A stretch of 64,000 nucleotides of DNA. Source: Octopus vulgaris (taxonomy: Eukaryota). Location of the stretch: NCBI GenBank assembly GCA_951406725.2, contig OX597821.1, forward strand, positions 9,858,001-9,922,000. Reading direction: 5' to 3'. The translations under genes were made by a program, and so were the position numbers. How positions within the stretch are numbered: position 1 is the stretch's first letter; the number at the start of each line of letters is the position of its first letter. A model generated the notes under the pieces. It was not told where the DNA came from and ran no database searches. It saw only the letters and a program-made list of their open reading frames with translations. Below are positions 1-13,635 of the stretch, in pieces.

Positions 1-521
1 CCAGCTCACCGCCAACGTTCATACCTTAATATAAGTTACATGGTGATTCGAGTAATATGATTTTACGGTAAAAGAATCCTTCGAGATGTTTTCCTACATT
101 GTAATTTTGATATCTATAATCTGTCTCACTGTTTCCACCTATGTTGAAACGTATAATTTTGAAGTCTAACCTAATATATTATACCTAAATATTCTTGCAA
201 GATAAAATAAATTATGATTAAATCCTGTCCGTTGCCTCAACAACGTGTTAAAATTCAAAACTGTTTTATTACATTGAAAAATCTGAAATTTCGAATTAAT
301 TAATATCTTGTATTTATTTCAGGTGCGTGTTCGATTTAAAGATTCAACACTCCTAGAAACAATTTTGCGTCTGTCTCCAAAATTTATCTTCGCTAAACGA
401 CACTATTTTTCTAACTATAACATGGCTTATTGAGAAAATGATCATACATACATAATTATTCGTGTCCATTATTGAATCATTAGATTCTTGTAAATCCGAG
501 TGTGAGTGTGTATATGTATAC

Positions 522-607
<86 letters not shown>

Positions 608-650
608 TTGTGTGTCTGTATGCGAATAGGTATGTCTATATTATACGTAG

Positions 651-1035
651 GTGGAGGCGCAATGGCCCAGTGGTTAGGGCAGCGAACTCGCGGTCATAGG
701 ATCGCGGTTTCGATTCCCAGACCGGGCGTTATGAGTGTTTATTGAGCGAAAACACCTAAAGCTCCACGAGGCTCCGGCAGGGGATGGTGGTGATCCCTGC
801 TGTACTCTTTCACCACAACTTTCTCTCACTCTTACTTCCTGTTTCTGTTGTACGTGTATTTCAAAGGGCTGGCCTTGTCACTCTCTGTGTCACGTCTGGA
901 TATCCCCGAGAACTACGTTAAGTGTACACGTGTCTGTGGAGTGCTCAGTCACTTACACGTTAATTTCACGAGCAGGCTGTTCCATTGATCAACTGGGACC
1001 CTCGTCGTCATAACTGACGGAGTGCTTCCATTTCC
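651..1035 (+). mobile_element. tRNA-derived SINE, family A, full length
   Basis: Pol III A-box (TGGCCCAGTGG) and B-box (GGTTTCGATTCC) in the head. 11-bp TSD ATTATACGTAG at 640-650 and 1036-1046. Similar copies at 37821, 42633, 44987 and 47270. Confidence 0.92.
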
Positions 1036-3238
1036 ATTATACGTAGATGTTTGTGTGTATATTCAATTGAGTGTGCATGTACATACTATATCACGTTTAA
1101 AACGTAGCATAGCTCAGCTAAAGTTTAAGGATCCTTCCCATGTATCATATGTACATAGGGGCTCAAGGTACACACAATACGTCAACTCTGTTCCAACGCT
1201 GGCATATTTAAGCAGAGTACATTTATTTTAACTGGTTAACCCAAGGTCTGATGTGAAGAGGCTATCGTTGGAATCCCAGTCATGTCACCAATATCATCAT
1301 TTCTGAGAGAAACTGTGAGAACAGAGATAGTAAAAATGACAGCATTTATGCCATAAGTGTACCATTTATCAAAGAGTGATAGAGACACATTAAAATACAC
1401 ACAAACAGATCAGGGTTCGTATCTCCAAATAACGTGACTGCGTGGTAGAAGTTGATCTGCAGAAATAGATAACGGTTCCAACGCACATCTCGCAGAACTT
1501 GTTTAGACAAGATATTATCTTGCTAAGGCAGGAAAGCAGCAGCTGAAGATGACGGTGTCCTAAGAGAAGATGGAGTAGCCTCAAAAGAAGATTAGAATCA
1601 AGTTCCTGGCGTCGGTAGAGAATTTCTGCAAGAATGGGCGAAGAACAACTGTTTTGCAGCGTATGGAGGGTAGGTTGGCAGTCAGTTGTTTAGATATTTC
1701 CAGAGCACGCAGGAGAAAAGCAATGAAGATCCTGTTGAAAACTCTTCAGTATGGATTGAAAGAGGTAATCGGTGGGGATTAGGTAAATGCCAATTGAGAA
1801 GAAGCTTAAGCGCGATCGTCTTTGATAATTGCCTGAATAGGATGCATTGTTGTTAGACGAACCAAGTGGTTCTGAGGCTCAGCAGTTACTATGGTTTCTG
1901 TAGATGTATACTGAACTAAGGAAGAGTTATTCAAACGAAAGTCTGTTAAAGCTTTAAATGAATTTCGTCCTGATCGGTTAATTTACTGCTCAGTATATCA
2001 TGAATTGATATGTGTTGCTATGAGTACGCGAGTTGGGAGTACTACGAGAAACGGATCTTTACCAAATTATATTCTAGTATAGAAAATATTGGCTACGATT
2101 CTTACGGTAGAAAGTACACGCTAAACCAATTAAGGGCGTGAAAGTAATACAGTTACCAAGAAAATGTTTTCAAGAGACAAATGAAAGGAGGGAACATTAT
2201 TAGACCAAGTAAACAGATAAGATAAATAAATTAAATGTCGAAGTAATAAAATGATTTGACTAAATAAATAAATAGAAATTATAAAATCAACCAATAAATC
2301 TATTAAATTGTGAATGAACATATGTAAAGTCAGTAAGTATCCGTTTGATCCTCGTAGTCAAAACTAGAATATTGATCGTATAGATTGAAAAGTCCTAGAA
2401 ATTGGTGATTAAAAAAGTAAATAACGTTAGATGAGGGCAATTAAATGGTGACATAAAGGAAACAGTAAAAGTTCTAAGGGCGTAAATCTAATTTTTTGCC
2501 TGTGTCGAGGCTGTCCTTTTCTAATGAAGGGAATTCGACTATTGAATTGAAAACAGCCATATAATTTTAAATGGGTGAATGTAATCAATTAAATTGCTTC
2601 AAAAACATTAGTATGCCAAGATATGTTATTGTGTGTGCGTGAATATCTGTGTGATAGTATGTATATCTTTTAATAAATGTCGATGAATGAATATGAAAAC
2701 TACATACATACATATTTAATCACGTGTTGTAAATATATGTGTGAGTGTGCGTGTCTGAAATAAAAACTAACTGCCGTCCTTAAAAATACACAAATCAAAG
2801 CTTTAGAATTACTGCAGGCTCACTAGAGCTGAAATTATCTAGCCTCAGATATTTCTATCTATAAAGCTGTTACACTTTTAAAAAAATCTGTAAGCGAAGC
2901 AAGAGAGAATGAAATTTGACTAAATTTTGTACCATCCAAGACGAAAAAATACATTAAATCACATCTCTGGATTGTATTCTTCAAGCCATCATTGAAAAGA
3001 TCTAGATGTTCATCAAATAGATTCGTGCACGAAAATTCTTTGCGCCAATAAAACTGGTTGAGAATAACCCCCATATATGATGGAAAATTCTCTAGTTTCT
3101 GTTTTACTCCTCCTATACTGAAACGTCACTTTCGTTTTAGTTTCTGTTCTCTTATACTTTTCCTTTTTCCTTCTCTCTTCTTCAACATCCTTCTGCTAAT
3201 AATAACATTATTAATAATCTGTTTATATATATGTCAGA

Positions 3239-3285
<47 letters not shown>

Positions 3286-3740
3286 ATTGTAGTTTATGCA
3301 CATCCACAAATGAGCACGAATGTCGCTCAAATTTTAGGAGGACATTCGTCACGATCCTAGCTGTATTTACCCCCGAGGCACCCGCGAATAACGGTAAATA
3401 ATTTTGAGCCATACTCCAAAATTTTTACAGATGCGAAACATACCACTGTTTACAAAGCAGACATGAATTAAGTCCCCTCCTAGCGACGGTGTAAAGAGAG
3501 GGAGGGAGAGGGAGGGAGAGGGAGAGAGAAAGAGAGAGAGAGAGATAGCAGAATAGCAGAATTTTAAAATTTCGTCTTTTTACTGGCAATAAGACATCCA
3601 GGTGGTTTTATGTATGTATGTATGTATGTATGTATGTATGTATTTGTGAATGGTTTCAGTCACACATATACACACACACGAGCATATATGCGTAAAAAAC
3701 ACATGCATGCAATGTGTGTATATATATATATATATATATA

Positions 3741-4236
3741 CTAGCAGTATCGCCCGGCGTTGCTCGGGTTTGTAAGGGAAATAACTATATAAGCATTTTT
3801 AGAGAGTTACTTCCCTTATAGATGCCAATTCGGGCTTACTTAGCCATTTTTGTTTTGGTGTTTTCAAGCCATGAAGTCGTTGTTCTAAAAGAACGCTGGT
3901 CTCCTTGACAACGCTTTACGACGTTGATTTCCTTACACTCCCTTCCCCACAGCTTCACGAGGGAGGGAAGAAGGGGGAGAAGCAAACAGGTGCAGGTGTG
4001 ACCATGGACGCCAACTCCGCCGCCATCGACACGAAAAATTATGCATTAAAATGGAATAAAAAATGATGTTAAATTATTTTTAAAATCGTAGACTCATCGT
4101 AGACGCGCGCTAATACTCAGACGGGCTTGATATGAATCACGACTATAAGATACCCGAATTTTGTTAAACTGCACCGCAAAATGTGGGAGTAGTTAGGAAT
4201 CTAAATCGAAGGGGACAGACACTCACACAACTACAG

Positions 4237-4243
<7 letters not shown>
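3741..4243 (-). mobile_element. Non-autonomous Helitron-like element
   Basis: Minus strand ends in a CCCGAGCAACGCCGGG hairpin followed by ...CTGCTAG. Inserted in (TA)n. Homologous to the inverted copy at 31460-31854. Confidence 0.8.
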
Positions 4244-4272
<29 letters not shown>

Positions 4273-4589
4273 GGGCAACATAAACGATATTCTCCGTTTG
4301 TCGACAACTAATTTCCAAATTAGCTGAATCCGTTGCTCTACTCATAGCGATATATAGCTGGTCGTGCGTGAACATTATTTTGTAAACAATGTTCCGAAAC
4401 TGTTCATGTTTTCGAAAGGAGAGATATGACTTTCACATCTCTGCGGGAGAATGTAGGCTTCTCTATTCTGGTTAAAAAACTTACTTCCGGGTGCCAAATT
4501 TGCTTCAATTGATGGTATTACTCGGGTAGGAGGTGGTGGTGGGACAGTGGCAGGAGCAAAGGCGTGCAAAGACACGTATGCAATAGGTA

Positions 4590-4969
4590 TATGTATGTAT
4601 ATGTTTGTATGTGTGAGTGTGTTGCCCATATATACTTAGTTGTGATCTGAACATAACCGCTTCTCTCACAGAGGATCGGGGGCCCTTTGGGGCGTTCTAT
4701 TTTCTTTGCTGGAAGGGTCCTCATCCCATGGGCAAAGTGGGGTTACACGAAAAAAATAAAAGAAAAAAATAATCGATGAATGGAAAAAACCGATTCCTTA
4801 TGGGATTTCCCAATCAAATTGTCTGAAAAATTGCAGCCAAAAGTTTACCAATTTCAACGGATTTCACTCAAATTTGACGTCGATGTTACTTAGTTTTCTT
4901 TGAAATAACAAGCTTGTTTAGCTTAATAAACCTAACTTAATCCCGAGCAAAGCCGGGCTATACTGGTAG
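4590..4969 (+). mobile_element. Degenerate Helitron-like element (3' end visible)
   Basis: CCCGAGCAAAGCCGGGCTATACTGGTAG resembles the hairpin+CTAG end of the 3741 and 31460 copies. The 5' boundary is uncertain. Confidence 0.5.
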
Positions 4970-6280
4970 TAATGATATATAAATATTAATACAACATTTT
5001 CTCTACATTTTCCTATGTTCTTTGGTTTTAACTTTCCTTTTATTACAATTCCTCTGAATATATTAAGACTTGCTTTCGTAAGCAAACAATAATTGAAAAA
5101 GTTCGTTCTTGATTCATTTCATGGGAAAATATTGAAGGATTCATATCTATGTACGTATGTCTCACTCTTTCTCTCTCTCTCTCACTCTGTCTCTCTCTCT
5201 CTCTCTCTCTCACACTCTCATTTTCTCTCTCTCTCTCTCACACACTCTCATTTTCTCTCTCACTCTCTCATTATTTCTCTCTCTCTCACACACACCCCCA
5301 ATCTCTGTCGCTTTGATTCATGGCTTTAATCAGGTGCGCTGAGGATTTCACAAAACAGTTGATGTGAATTTCCATGAAAAACACCCAACACCACAAGGTT
5401 CGTTGTCAATCTCATGAATCCCGGTTTCTGGATCCCACTTGTGCAAATGACACTCACTGCACACAAGTGCCCATATGAAAACGTATGTCGATTGCGGGAC
5501 CAGTCAAAGGCCTTCCCCATCCATGTCGATGACTGCTTCATACAGACGCCAATATTTACCAAAATATTTCTCTTACTGTTTCACTGAAAATTCGTCATCA
5601 GTGATACCACTTCGTATAACAAGTCTGGCCTTTTTGCCGTTCATTATAATTCGATTGCTTTATAATTTTGCAATTAATCGTTACCGTGAATTTCATAAGC
5701 TTTTCAAAAAGTTTAATATCTAATTAGATTCCTCCTTTAAGTACACGTCCTTGGTTTTTCTTACAGTATCAAATGATACAAAAATGTAATCAATGGAGTA
5801 TAACAACTTACTGTATTACGAAATGAACAATTCGAGTGGATAGCCCATATCTTAGTCAGCTACGTAATTTAATTGCCTCACTGGTTATCCTTAATCGATC
5901 AAACGAAAAGCTACTTTCCTTATCTTTATGTCATAAAGTGATCTTCTACATTACTGTACAATGGAGAAACTCGAAAATGGCAGTAGTCTCTCTAAATGGC
6001 AGTAGTCTCAATTACTCTTGCATTCTTCAAATATATTAAGCGCATATAGTAGAACGTCCATGCTTTTCCTCTCGCTCACTACTGACAGAGCCAGTATAGT
6101 CGTCATTCCGCACATCTTACTCCGCAAAACCATGATAATTTATGAGAGCATTGCCTAGCAATGCAAAACACATGTTTGTGAAAATTACGTGGCACAAGAT
6201 GAGTAAGCTTTTGTCATCACACACACTCATCACACACACGCTCATACACTGACACACACACACACACACATACACACACA

Positions 6281-6400
6281 CAGAGGCACTCGAGCACAAA
6301 CACAGACACATAGAGACAGGGAGATAAACACACACACACAGACAGGTACTCGAGCACAAACACAGACACATAGAGAGAGGGAGATAAACACACACACACA
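6281..6400. repeat. Two ~60-bp tandem units within a (CA)n-rich tract
   Basis: CTCGAGCACAAACACAGACACATAGAGA.AGGGAGATAAACACAC occurs twice. Confidence 0.85.
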
Positions 6401-6686
6401 CACACACATAGAGATATGCTATTTATACTTACTCTAGACAGTATGAAATTAACACGGCATTTTATCTATTATAATTAAAGCTTATAAATCATCGATAGAC
6501 AAGTTAGCCGGGTTTTCAATCATTGGTAATATCTGTCCAGGACGTGTTCTACTTAAAAATACCATATTTATGAATGTTTACAGGAAACATTTTGCTTATG
6601 TAAATAAACTTCCTATGCCGGCTACTCTCTAATGATGTTGAGTGGTGAAATAGTTTTAGTATGAATATAGGGAAAATAACAATAAT

Positions 6687-7008
6687 CCTTGGACGGAATT
6701 TATAAACGTTTAATGCAGCACTACGCAGTTTTCCACGAGTCATATGTCTCTTAAGATCAGAAACTGTTGGTTAAGTCGTGCCTCAACCAAACTTCGAGTT
6801 AGTAAAAAGAGATAAACATCCCTCTGCTGGACACCCATTAATGTTATATTACCTGAATTGAATCCATGAAAGTGATCTATCCAATACATATGGATACTAC
6901 TGACTAAACAGTAATCATCCCAGGAATACGGAGTGTGATCTTAAAGAACATGTGATTCGTGGCAAAGCGCGTAGTGATGCATTGAATGCATGTACATTCA
7001 ATCCAAAG
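6687..7008. repeat. Imperfect ~72-bp inverted repeat pair (6687-6759 / 6936-7008)
   Basis: TAATGCAGCACTACGCAGTTTTCCACGAGTCATATGTCTCTTAAGATCA matches the reverse complement of TGATCTTAAAGAACATGTGATTCGTGGCAAAGCGCGTAGTGATGCATTG. Confidence 0.8.
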
Positions 7009-7133
7009 TTTATGTGTGTGTGTGTGTTCGTATGTGTGTATGTAATAATAATGATAATAATAATAACAGTAAGAGAAACAGCAACAACAACAGCAGCAGC
7101 TACAAAAACAACAACAATGAAAATAATAATAAT

Positions 7134-8580
7134 CGAAGTGTGCGGTGCTTACTTTGAAGCGAGGTGGGGGGGAGAGTAAATTGTAGGGGCGTAGCATTGT
7201 CAAATGGAGAGAGAATGGAAGACTCGGATGATGATGGTCACAAGTAACTTGGGATCCTATAGGTAGAAAATATCTTACACAAAGAAATAAAACACACTGC
7301 ATATTGAAGCTTCTCAGAATCTTGGTATCAAACTCAGTTCAAAGAACCTTGGCTGCAATCAACATATGGGCTGTTGGTGTAGTCCGTTAAGTGCACCCAT
7401 CCTGAAATGGATACAAACGGAGATTGACCAACTCGTTCGCACTACTTGAAAGACAATGACAATGGATGGTGCTTTCCATCCTAAGGCGAATATACACACG
7501 CTCTACATAAAAAATGGGTAAGGTGCACGTGGGCAGATTAGCGTAAGGGAGTGCATCAAAAATATCAGAAGAAATATTTCAGAATATTTGTTAAACAGCA
7601 AACAAGACCTGCTAAAGTATGATGCTAGTACAGAAGTAGTTAACACAAATCGACTTGAGAGTGCTCATGAAATGAGATCAAGAACAGCCAACGAGAGAGA
7701 AGAAGCCCTACTCCGCATGGAATTACGTGGTCCGTTCCACCGTGAAATCAACATATTGAAAACCAAGAAGCATCATGGAGGTGGCTCGACAAGGGTGACC
7801 TAAAAATAGAATACTGAAAGCCTACTCATCGCAGCCTAGGACTATGCATTGAATACCAACTCAGTGAAAAAGAACATATAGCACCATAGCAATGGATCTC
7901 TGCCGAATGTGTGGGAAGCGGGTCGAAAGCGTGACTCACATTGTTAGTGTTCTTAGAGTCTTGCGCAGAATTAGTACAAGCGTAGACAGGAAAAAGTAGC
8001 CCAAAACCTCCACTGGCTAATATGACGTAAGTATGGATATGACGTTATTGGTGTTTGGTACAATCATATACCGAAAAAGCTAATGGACGAAAAAGGAAAG
8101 GCAAAAATCCTCTGGCACTTTGTCTTCCAGACTGACAATGTGTTAGAGCACCGAAGGCAAAATATACTAACCTTTAGGAGAGACAAACAAGAGAGCCTAA
8201 TAATCAACGTAGTGGTGACAGGAGATGAAGATATCATCATGAAAGAAAGAGAAATGTTGATGAATATGGAGACCTGAGAATTGAGGTCTCTAAAGATGTA
8301 AAATGTGGCATCTATGAGTCAAACGTAAAGGTTATCCCTATTGTCATCGGAGCATTGGGTTCAATACCACCCAAAAGTTAAAAAAATATATCTGAAAAAC
8401 TTAGACATACCCTACATTGTAGATGTATGCAAAAGTCAGCATTACTTGGAATTGCATACATATTGCCTAAAGTGCTGTGTGTCTCAGGTCCTTGTTGTGA
8501 CTTGACAAACTGTACAAACCCCAGGTAGACACACTATCTTCAATCAACAACCTCAGGATATTGTATAGTTTGACGTCTAT
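7134..8580 (+). mobile_element. 5'-truncated, decayed R4/Dong-type LINE (end of RT, CCHC knuckle, restriction-like endonuclease)
   Basis: Broken translation gives KCAVLTLKRG, GHK*LGIL (YKYLG), FHPKANIHTLY, LLIAA*DYAL, CRMC...HIVS and KILWHFVFQTD. Flanked by (AAT)n and (GAT)n. Confidence 0.88.
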
Positions 8581-8752
8581 AATAATAATAAAAATAATGA
8601 TGATGAATTTGATGATGATGATGATGACGATGATGATGATGATGATGATAATAATAATAATAATAATAATAATATCAATAATAATAGTAATTAATTAGTT
8701 TAATAGAAGCACAGAATAAAGAATATCCAATATTTTACGATGCCGCTCTCAC

Positions 8753-8843
8753 CTCCGCGGTTGCCAATGTGGTCGACAATGTTTTCAGTTGAGCCACTGC
8801 ATTGAGTCAAAGTTGTCGGTATTGGTACTTCCGCCGTTGCCAT
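8753..8843 (-). CDS. Candidate first coding exon of an unidentified gene (MATAEVPIPTTLTQCSGSTENIVDHIGNRG, phase-1 donor)
   Basis: ATG in a strong context (ACAATGG), 30 open codons plus 1 nt, then GAG|GTGAGA donor. Lies in non-repetitive, GC-richer DNA downstream of a motif-rich region. No second exon was identified. Confidence 0.45.
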
Positions 8844-9034
8844 TGTTATAGGATTTTGTTGTATATTCTGCCGCTGCTATTCTTCTGGTTACAAGGGCTG
8901 GATAGCACAAGAGCCTCATATACAGCTCCGTATACCCACGCTCTCTAGTAACACGCTCTATGGTTACAAGTACAGCACCAAACCCAGAACCAACGGAAGA
9001 TACAACATAGGCGTAAACACAACCAGGACGCAAT

Positions 9035-9400
9035 TTCGGATATATATATCTGTCTCTCGTAACTGTGTTTAAGCAGTGCCTGTCTAACCACAGATCCTGT
9101 GTTGAGGTTCTGGAAAGACGTTACGTCACGGCCCTGGCCAGCTACGTGTGGCGCCTTAAGATCATAGAGTAGCCGGTGTCATTCACAAATGGGAGCGGAT
9201 GGGAGAAACTTTGCAGAGCAGAGCGGGGAATGATATTTAAAGACACTGGACCAATATCTCTATTAAATGCAAGACATGAGATATACGCCCCACAGCACAG
9301 TGTGAATCGCTACCTGGTGCATGAGTGGAATTCCCCATTTTTCGATTGGTCTTGTAATAATTTCTTGCAGACCAGTCTAAGGGCGGTTTCCTGTTCGCAT
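9035..9400 (-). promoter_or_regulatory. Putative promoter of the minus-strand exon
   Basis: TATA-like run 9041-9049, TGACGTAA (ATF/CRE-like) 9121-9128, TACGTG 9143-9148, CCAAT boxes at 9251 and 9345, kB-like GGGGAATTCC 9327-9336, GC box GGGCGG 9381-9386. Confidence 0.35.
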
Positions 9401-9689
9401 TTTATGTCCGTAAGATTTTCTAACCAGATCGGTGGAGGGAAATAACTTGTCCCGTTTAAAGCTAAAGCAGTGTATATTATTCCTTTGCTTATAAATTAAG
9501 GGACCGTAACGGTTAATTAGCTTCAGTTTGATGGGCGTTTATGTGCCCACGGTCATTGGAGTCTCACAAATTGTCCATAAAGTTTAACGAGTTATGTATC
9601 CAAAGTCACTGGTCACTTTATGACCGGAAATTTAATTTACATCATATAAATACACACACAAACACACACACACACACACATATATATAT

Positions 9690-10246
<557 letters not shown>

Positions 10247-10644
10247 TAAATATATACATATGAAACAGTGGTTAAAATATCCACTGGTATGTGGAATTGT
10301 TGCGCGCTGGGCAATGCAAGAAATATTTAATTAAAATAACCACGTTTATATCATGCTTAATATACATACATCACTGGTAGATGATCAACTGCGGCATCGT
10401 TTACTTTTTTTATATTTTTATTTTTGAGAGATAGATGCAAGGAAACTAAAATTAAGTAAGATGTAAAGATGACAGCCTCAGCATCATGTATGTAATGTTT
10501 TCACCTGAGATATTGAGCATCATTGGTGCTTCATTCTATCTTACGCACACACTCGACTACGCAAACACACACACACATATATATGCACACATATATATAT
10601 GCACACATGCATATACCTGTTTCTAAGTACACGTATTTAAGACT

Positions 10645-10703
<59 letters not shown>

Positions 10704-11282
10704 TTATATCAACACAACACACCGTATTAAAGAAATAGAATTGCATCAGATTATTCTGACCTATAGTTTCGTGATCTTTCCTCTCTAACAATGATCGCAA
10801 GACGATTCCAAATGTACTAGATAAAAACAAATCATCAAAATAACACGATTAAAGAGTATATCTATAAATACATAGTTTACAAATGTAAAAGGACGTACGA
10901 TTGCAGAAGAGCCGAAGAAACTAGCAAGGGACATTAATAATAGTCTTATTACCGATTTACAAATTACTGGAAAATTTGTAAGCTTTTTCTCACAAACGTA
11001 CTACATGCCCCCACGCCCACACGCACACCCGCACACACACACACACCCACACAAGCACTCTTTCCCTTATTTTAAAGGATTCCTATATAATTTGGGTGTA
11101 GTCTGAAGCTATCTAATAACCAACCTGCGATATCCTGTCAATCGTTCAGTGACTAAAAGTTGCAACAGGGGCTGAAATTGATATAAAGTATGTAGACCTG
11201 TCAGGAATTCAATCGTATTAGAAAATATCTCCATAGTAGCCTCAGGACCAGTTTCGTAGTTACGAAATCAGTGATTGTACCA

Positions 11283-11340
11283 CACTGTATTATCGAGTAG
11301 AGTCTGTGCAGACTGTATTATCGAGTAGAGTCTGTGCAGA
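11283..11340. repeat. 28-bp direct tandem duplication
   Basis: ACTGTATTATCGAGTAGAGTCTGTGCAG occurs twice. Confidence 0.9.
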
Positions 11341-11833
11341 CCGAAACCAAGTAGTCCGGTTGTGTTGAACCCAGTGTAGCAGGTTCTATCTCCCGCTTGC
11401 AATAAATATTGGATGCGAGAAGCGCAAAAATTGTAAAACAAAATTGATGTCATGTTTGCGGATTTAGCAATTAGAGAAGCTCTTCATTAAACTTGCATCA
11501 AAGGTTTGATGGTATACTGTACCAGCACACCTATTGTCTAAAACCGCACAGATTACATGGTTTTTCATTTAGAAGACTTGCGTAAACTGGCGATGCAAAC
11601 GGAGAAGGTAGAGAAACAACTGTAGCTTATCAATAAAAATGTGTTAAATAATTTTTGTGGTCTTCTTCCTTTCAATGGCTTGTTTACACTTCGCCAACTC
11701 CATTTTACGGTATAATCGTCGCAAAACTTGAATTCTGTTCCCGGGAATGATTCTGGCTTTGGCCTGGAACTCGACTGCTTCTCTGGAAATACGCAAATTT
11801 CACACCTCACCTGACCTTATATATATATATATG

Positions 11834-11901
<68 letters not shown>

Positions 11902-11903
11902 CA

Positions 11904-12075
11904 CAGTGTACATTTAAACACATAAGAGGTTTCCGTCATAGGATTACTTGCAGGCTAGAGAGGAAATTCAAATTCCAAACCACTATTTAGGGACAGTGGT
12001 TTGGAATTTAACTGTCCTCTCAAGCATGCAAGGAATCCTATCATGGGAACCTCTTATGTGTTTAAATGTACACTG
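11904..12075. mobile_element. Fold-back MITE (172 bp), probably Tc1/mariner superfamily
   Basis: Almost entirely palindromic: CAGTGTACATTTAAACACATAAGAGGTT...AACCTCTTATGTGTTTAAATGTACACTG. CA dinucleotide on both flanks. Confidence 0.85.
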
Positions 12076-12193
12076 CATTTATATGAATAATATATAGTCT
12101 ATTGACTAAATTTTCAGACGCTAGGCCACTGGTAATGGAAATTTCAAACATTTCTGATTACCCTCTGATATTATTAATGATCCTGTACCTATA

Positions 12194-12272
<79 letters not shown>

Positions 12273-12302
12273 GTACAAGATATATGTATATATATGGGTA
12301 CA

Positions 12303-12351
<49 letters not shown>

Positions 12352-12354
<3 letters not shown>

Positions 12355-12850
12355 GTACAAGATATTACCAACAGTCAATAGGCAAACAAAGAAAGAAACA
12401 AGTGGAAAACAGGATAGTTAATATAAAGAAAATCCCTTCGTCAGTTGTCGGCTGTCTCTCTACTCCTCATTTCGAGCACTGGACGACAACATGAGACTTC
12501 GAAGACAGTTGCTTCCATAAATACCAAAATAAAATTTGGGATTTTTGGAGGGTCAAATAGGATAGTGGAGACATAAAAGGAAACCGACCAAACCAAACAT
12601 GGAGGGACGTGAGACCACAACGACGGTGAGACCAGAACGCAGGAGAAATATTTTCCTTGACAAGAAAAAAGATAGAAGAGAGAGATAAGATACGTCCAGT
12701 CTTGAGAACAGCCCTGAAAGAAAAGAAAGATGACCACGTGAGGAAAAGAAAGATGGTCACGAGTGAGCAACGAGAGAAAGTAAAGGAGAAAGAGGAAGAG
12801 AGAGACAGACAACGTTGAAGGGGAGAAAAAGTAATTAGAGAAGGAGAGAG
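12352..12850. mobile_element. Unclassified (TA)n-associated interspersed repeat
   Basis: Inverted diverged copy at 13190-13635. Shares ACAGCCGACAACTGA.GAAG and a GGGTACA-type end with 39868-40167. Confidence 0.65.
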
Positions 12851-13058
12851 ATTCAGAGAGAAAATAATATAGGGTAGAATCGAATCAAGAGATTAAGGTA
12901 AATTTATTTGCAAATGGATGCGTGGCTTTCAATCAAATATATAAATAATATATACACATACACACACACACACATACACACATATATATATATATATATG
13001 TATATGTATGTATGTATATATGTATGTATATATGTATATATATATATACATATATATA

Positions 13059-13111
<53 letters not shown>

Positions 13112-13189
13112 TGAACGCAGCGCATACATTTCCACGTCAGTTTATCTTCACCTTTTTTGGTGCCACTCTACACTATACTGTTTTCTTCC

Positions 13190-13635
13190 GTCATCTTTTT
13201 CTAATTCCAGTTTACTCCTTATCCCTTATTCACCGTTTTCTGTCTCTTCTTGCCTCTCCTCGTCCCCTCTTTCTCTCTTTTCTCCCTCTCTCTCTCTCTC
13301 TCTCGTTGCTCATACGTAAACGTTGTCCATCTTTCTTTTCCTCACGTGACTGTCTTTATTTTCTTGCATAGCCGTTTAAAATGAACAGACGTTTTTTTCG
13401 CTCTCTTTTCTATCACTTCTCTTTTCAAAAACATGTTTCTCCCAGGAGCTTACTATTTTTTCTCGATCTATTTTTTCTCTAACCACTCTCGATATATGTT
13501 TTCGTTCTGTTTCCTTGCATGTCTCTATCGTAATTTTTTCCTTCCTAGCATTGACGCTTTATAAATCCTAAATTTTATTTTAGAATCTATGGGAGCAGCT
13601 GTCTTTGACGATTCATATTGTCGTGCAAGGCTCGT
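13190..13635. mobile_element. Inverted, diverged copy of the 12352-12850 repeat
   Basis: CCATCTTTCTTTTCCTCACGTG is the reverse complement of CACGTGAGGAAAAGAAAGATGG. AAATTTTATTTT...CTGTCTT also matches in inverted orientation. Confidence 0.65.

Noticed and set aside
305-432. Possible exon after TTTATTTCAG
   Set aside because: Short frame with no recognisable protein and no supporting partner exon.
651-730. tRNA gene (Arg-like head)
   Set aside because: It is the head of a multicopy SINE with TSDs, with no proper acceptor stem or terminator.
2505-2560. CTAATGAAG...GAAA within a GGCTGT/ACAGCC hairpin
   Set aside because: Core mutated and no stem III or UH site, so too degenerate to call.
5333-5560. 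Complex, exon-like sequence after TTTAATCAG
   Set aside because: Stops occur in all plus frames shortly after the acceptor, and the nearby minus-strand acceptors tested do not continue the phase-1 exon at 8753. It could be UTR or an old repeat.
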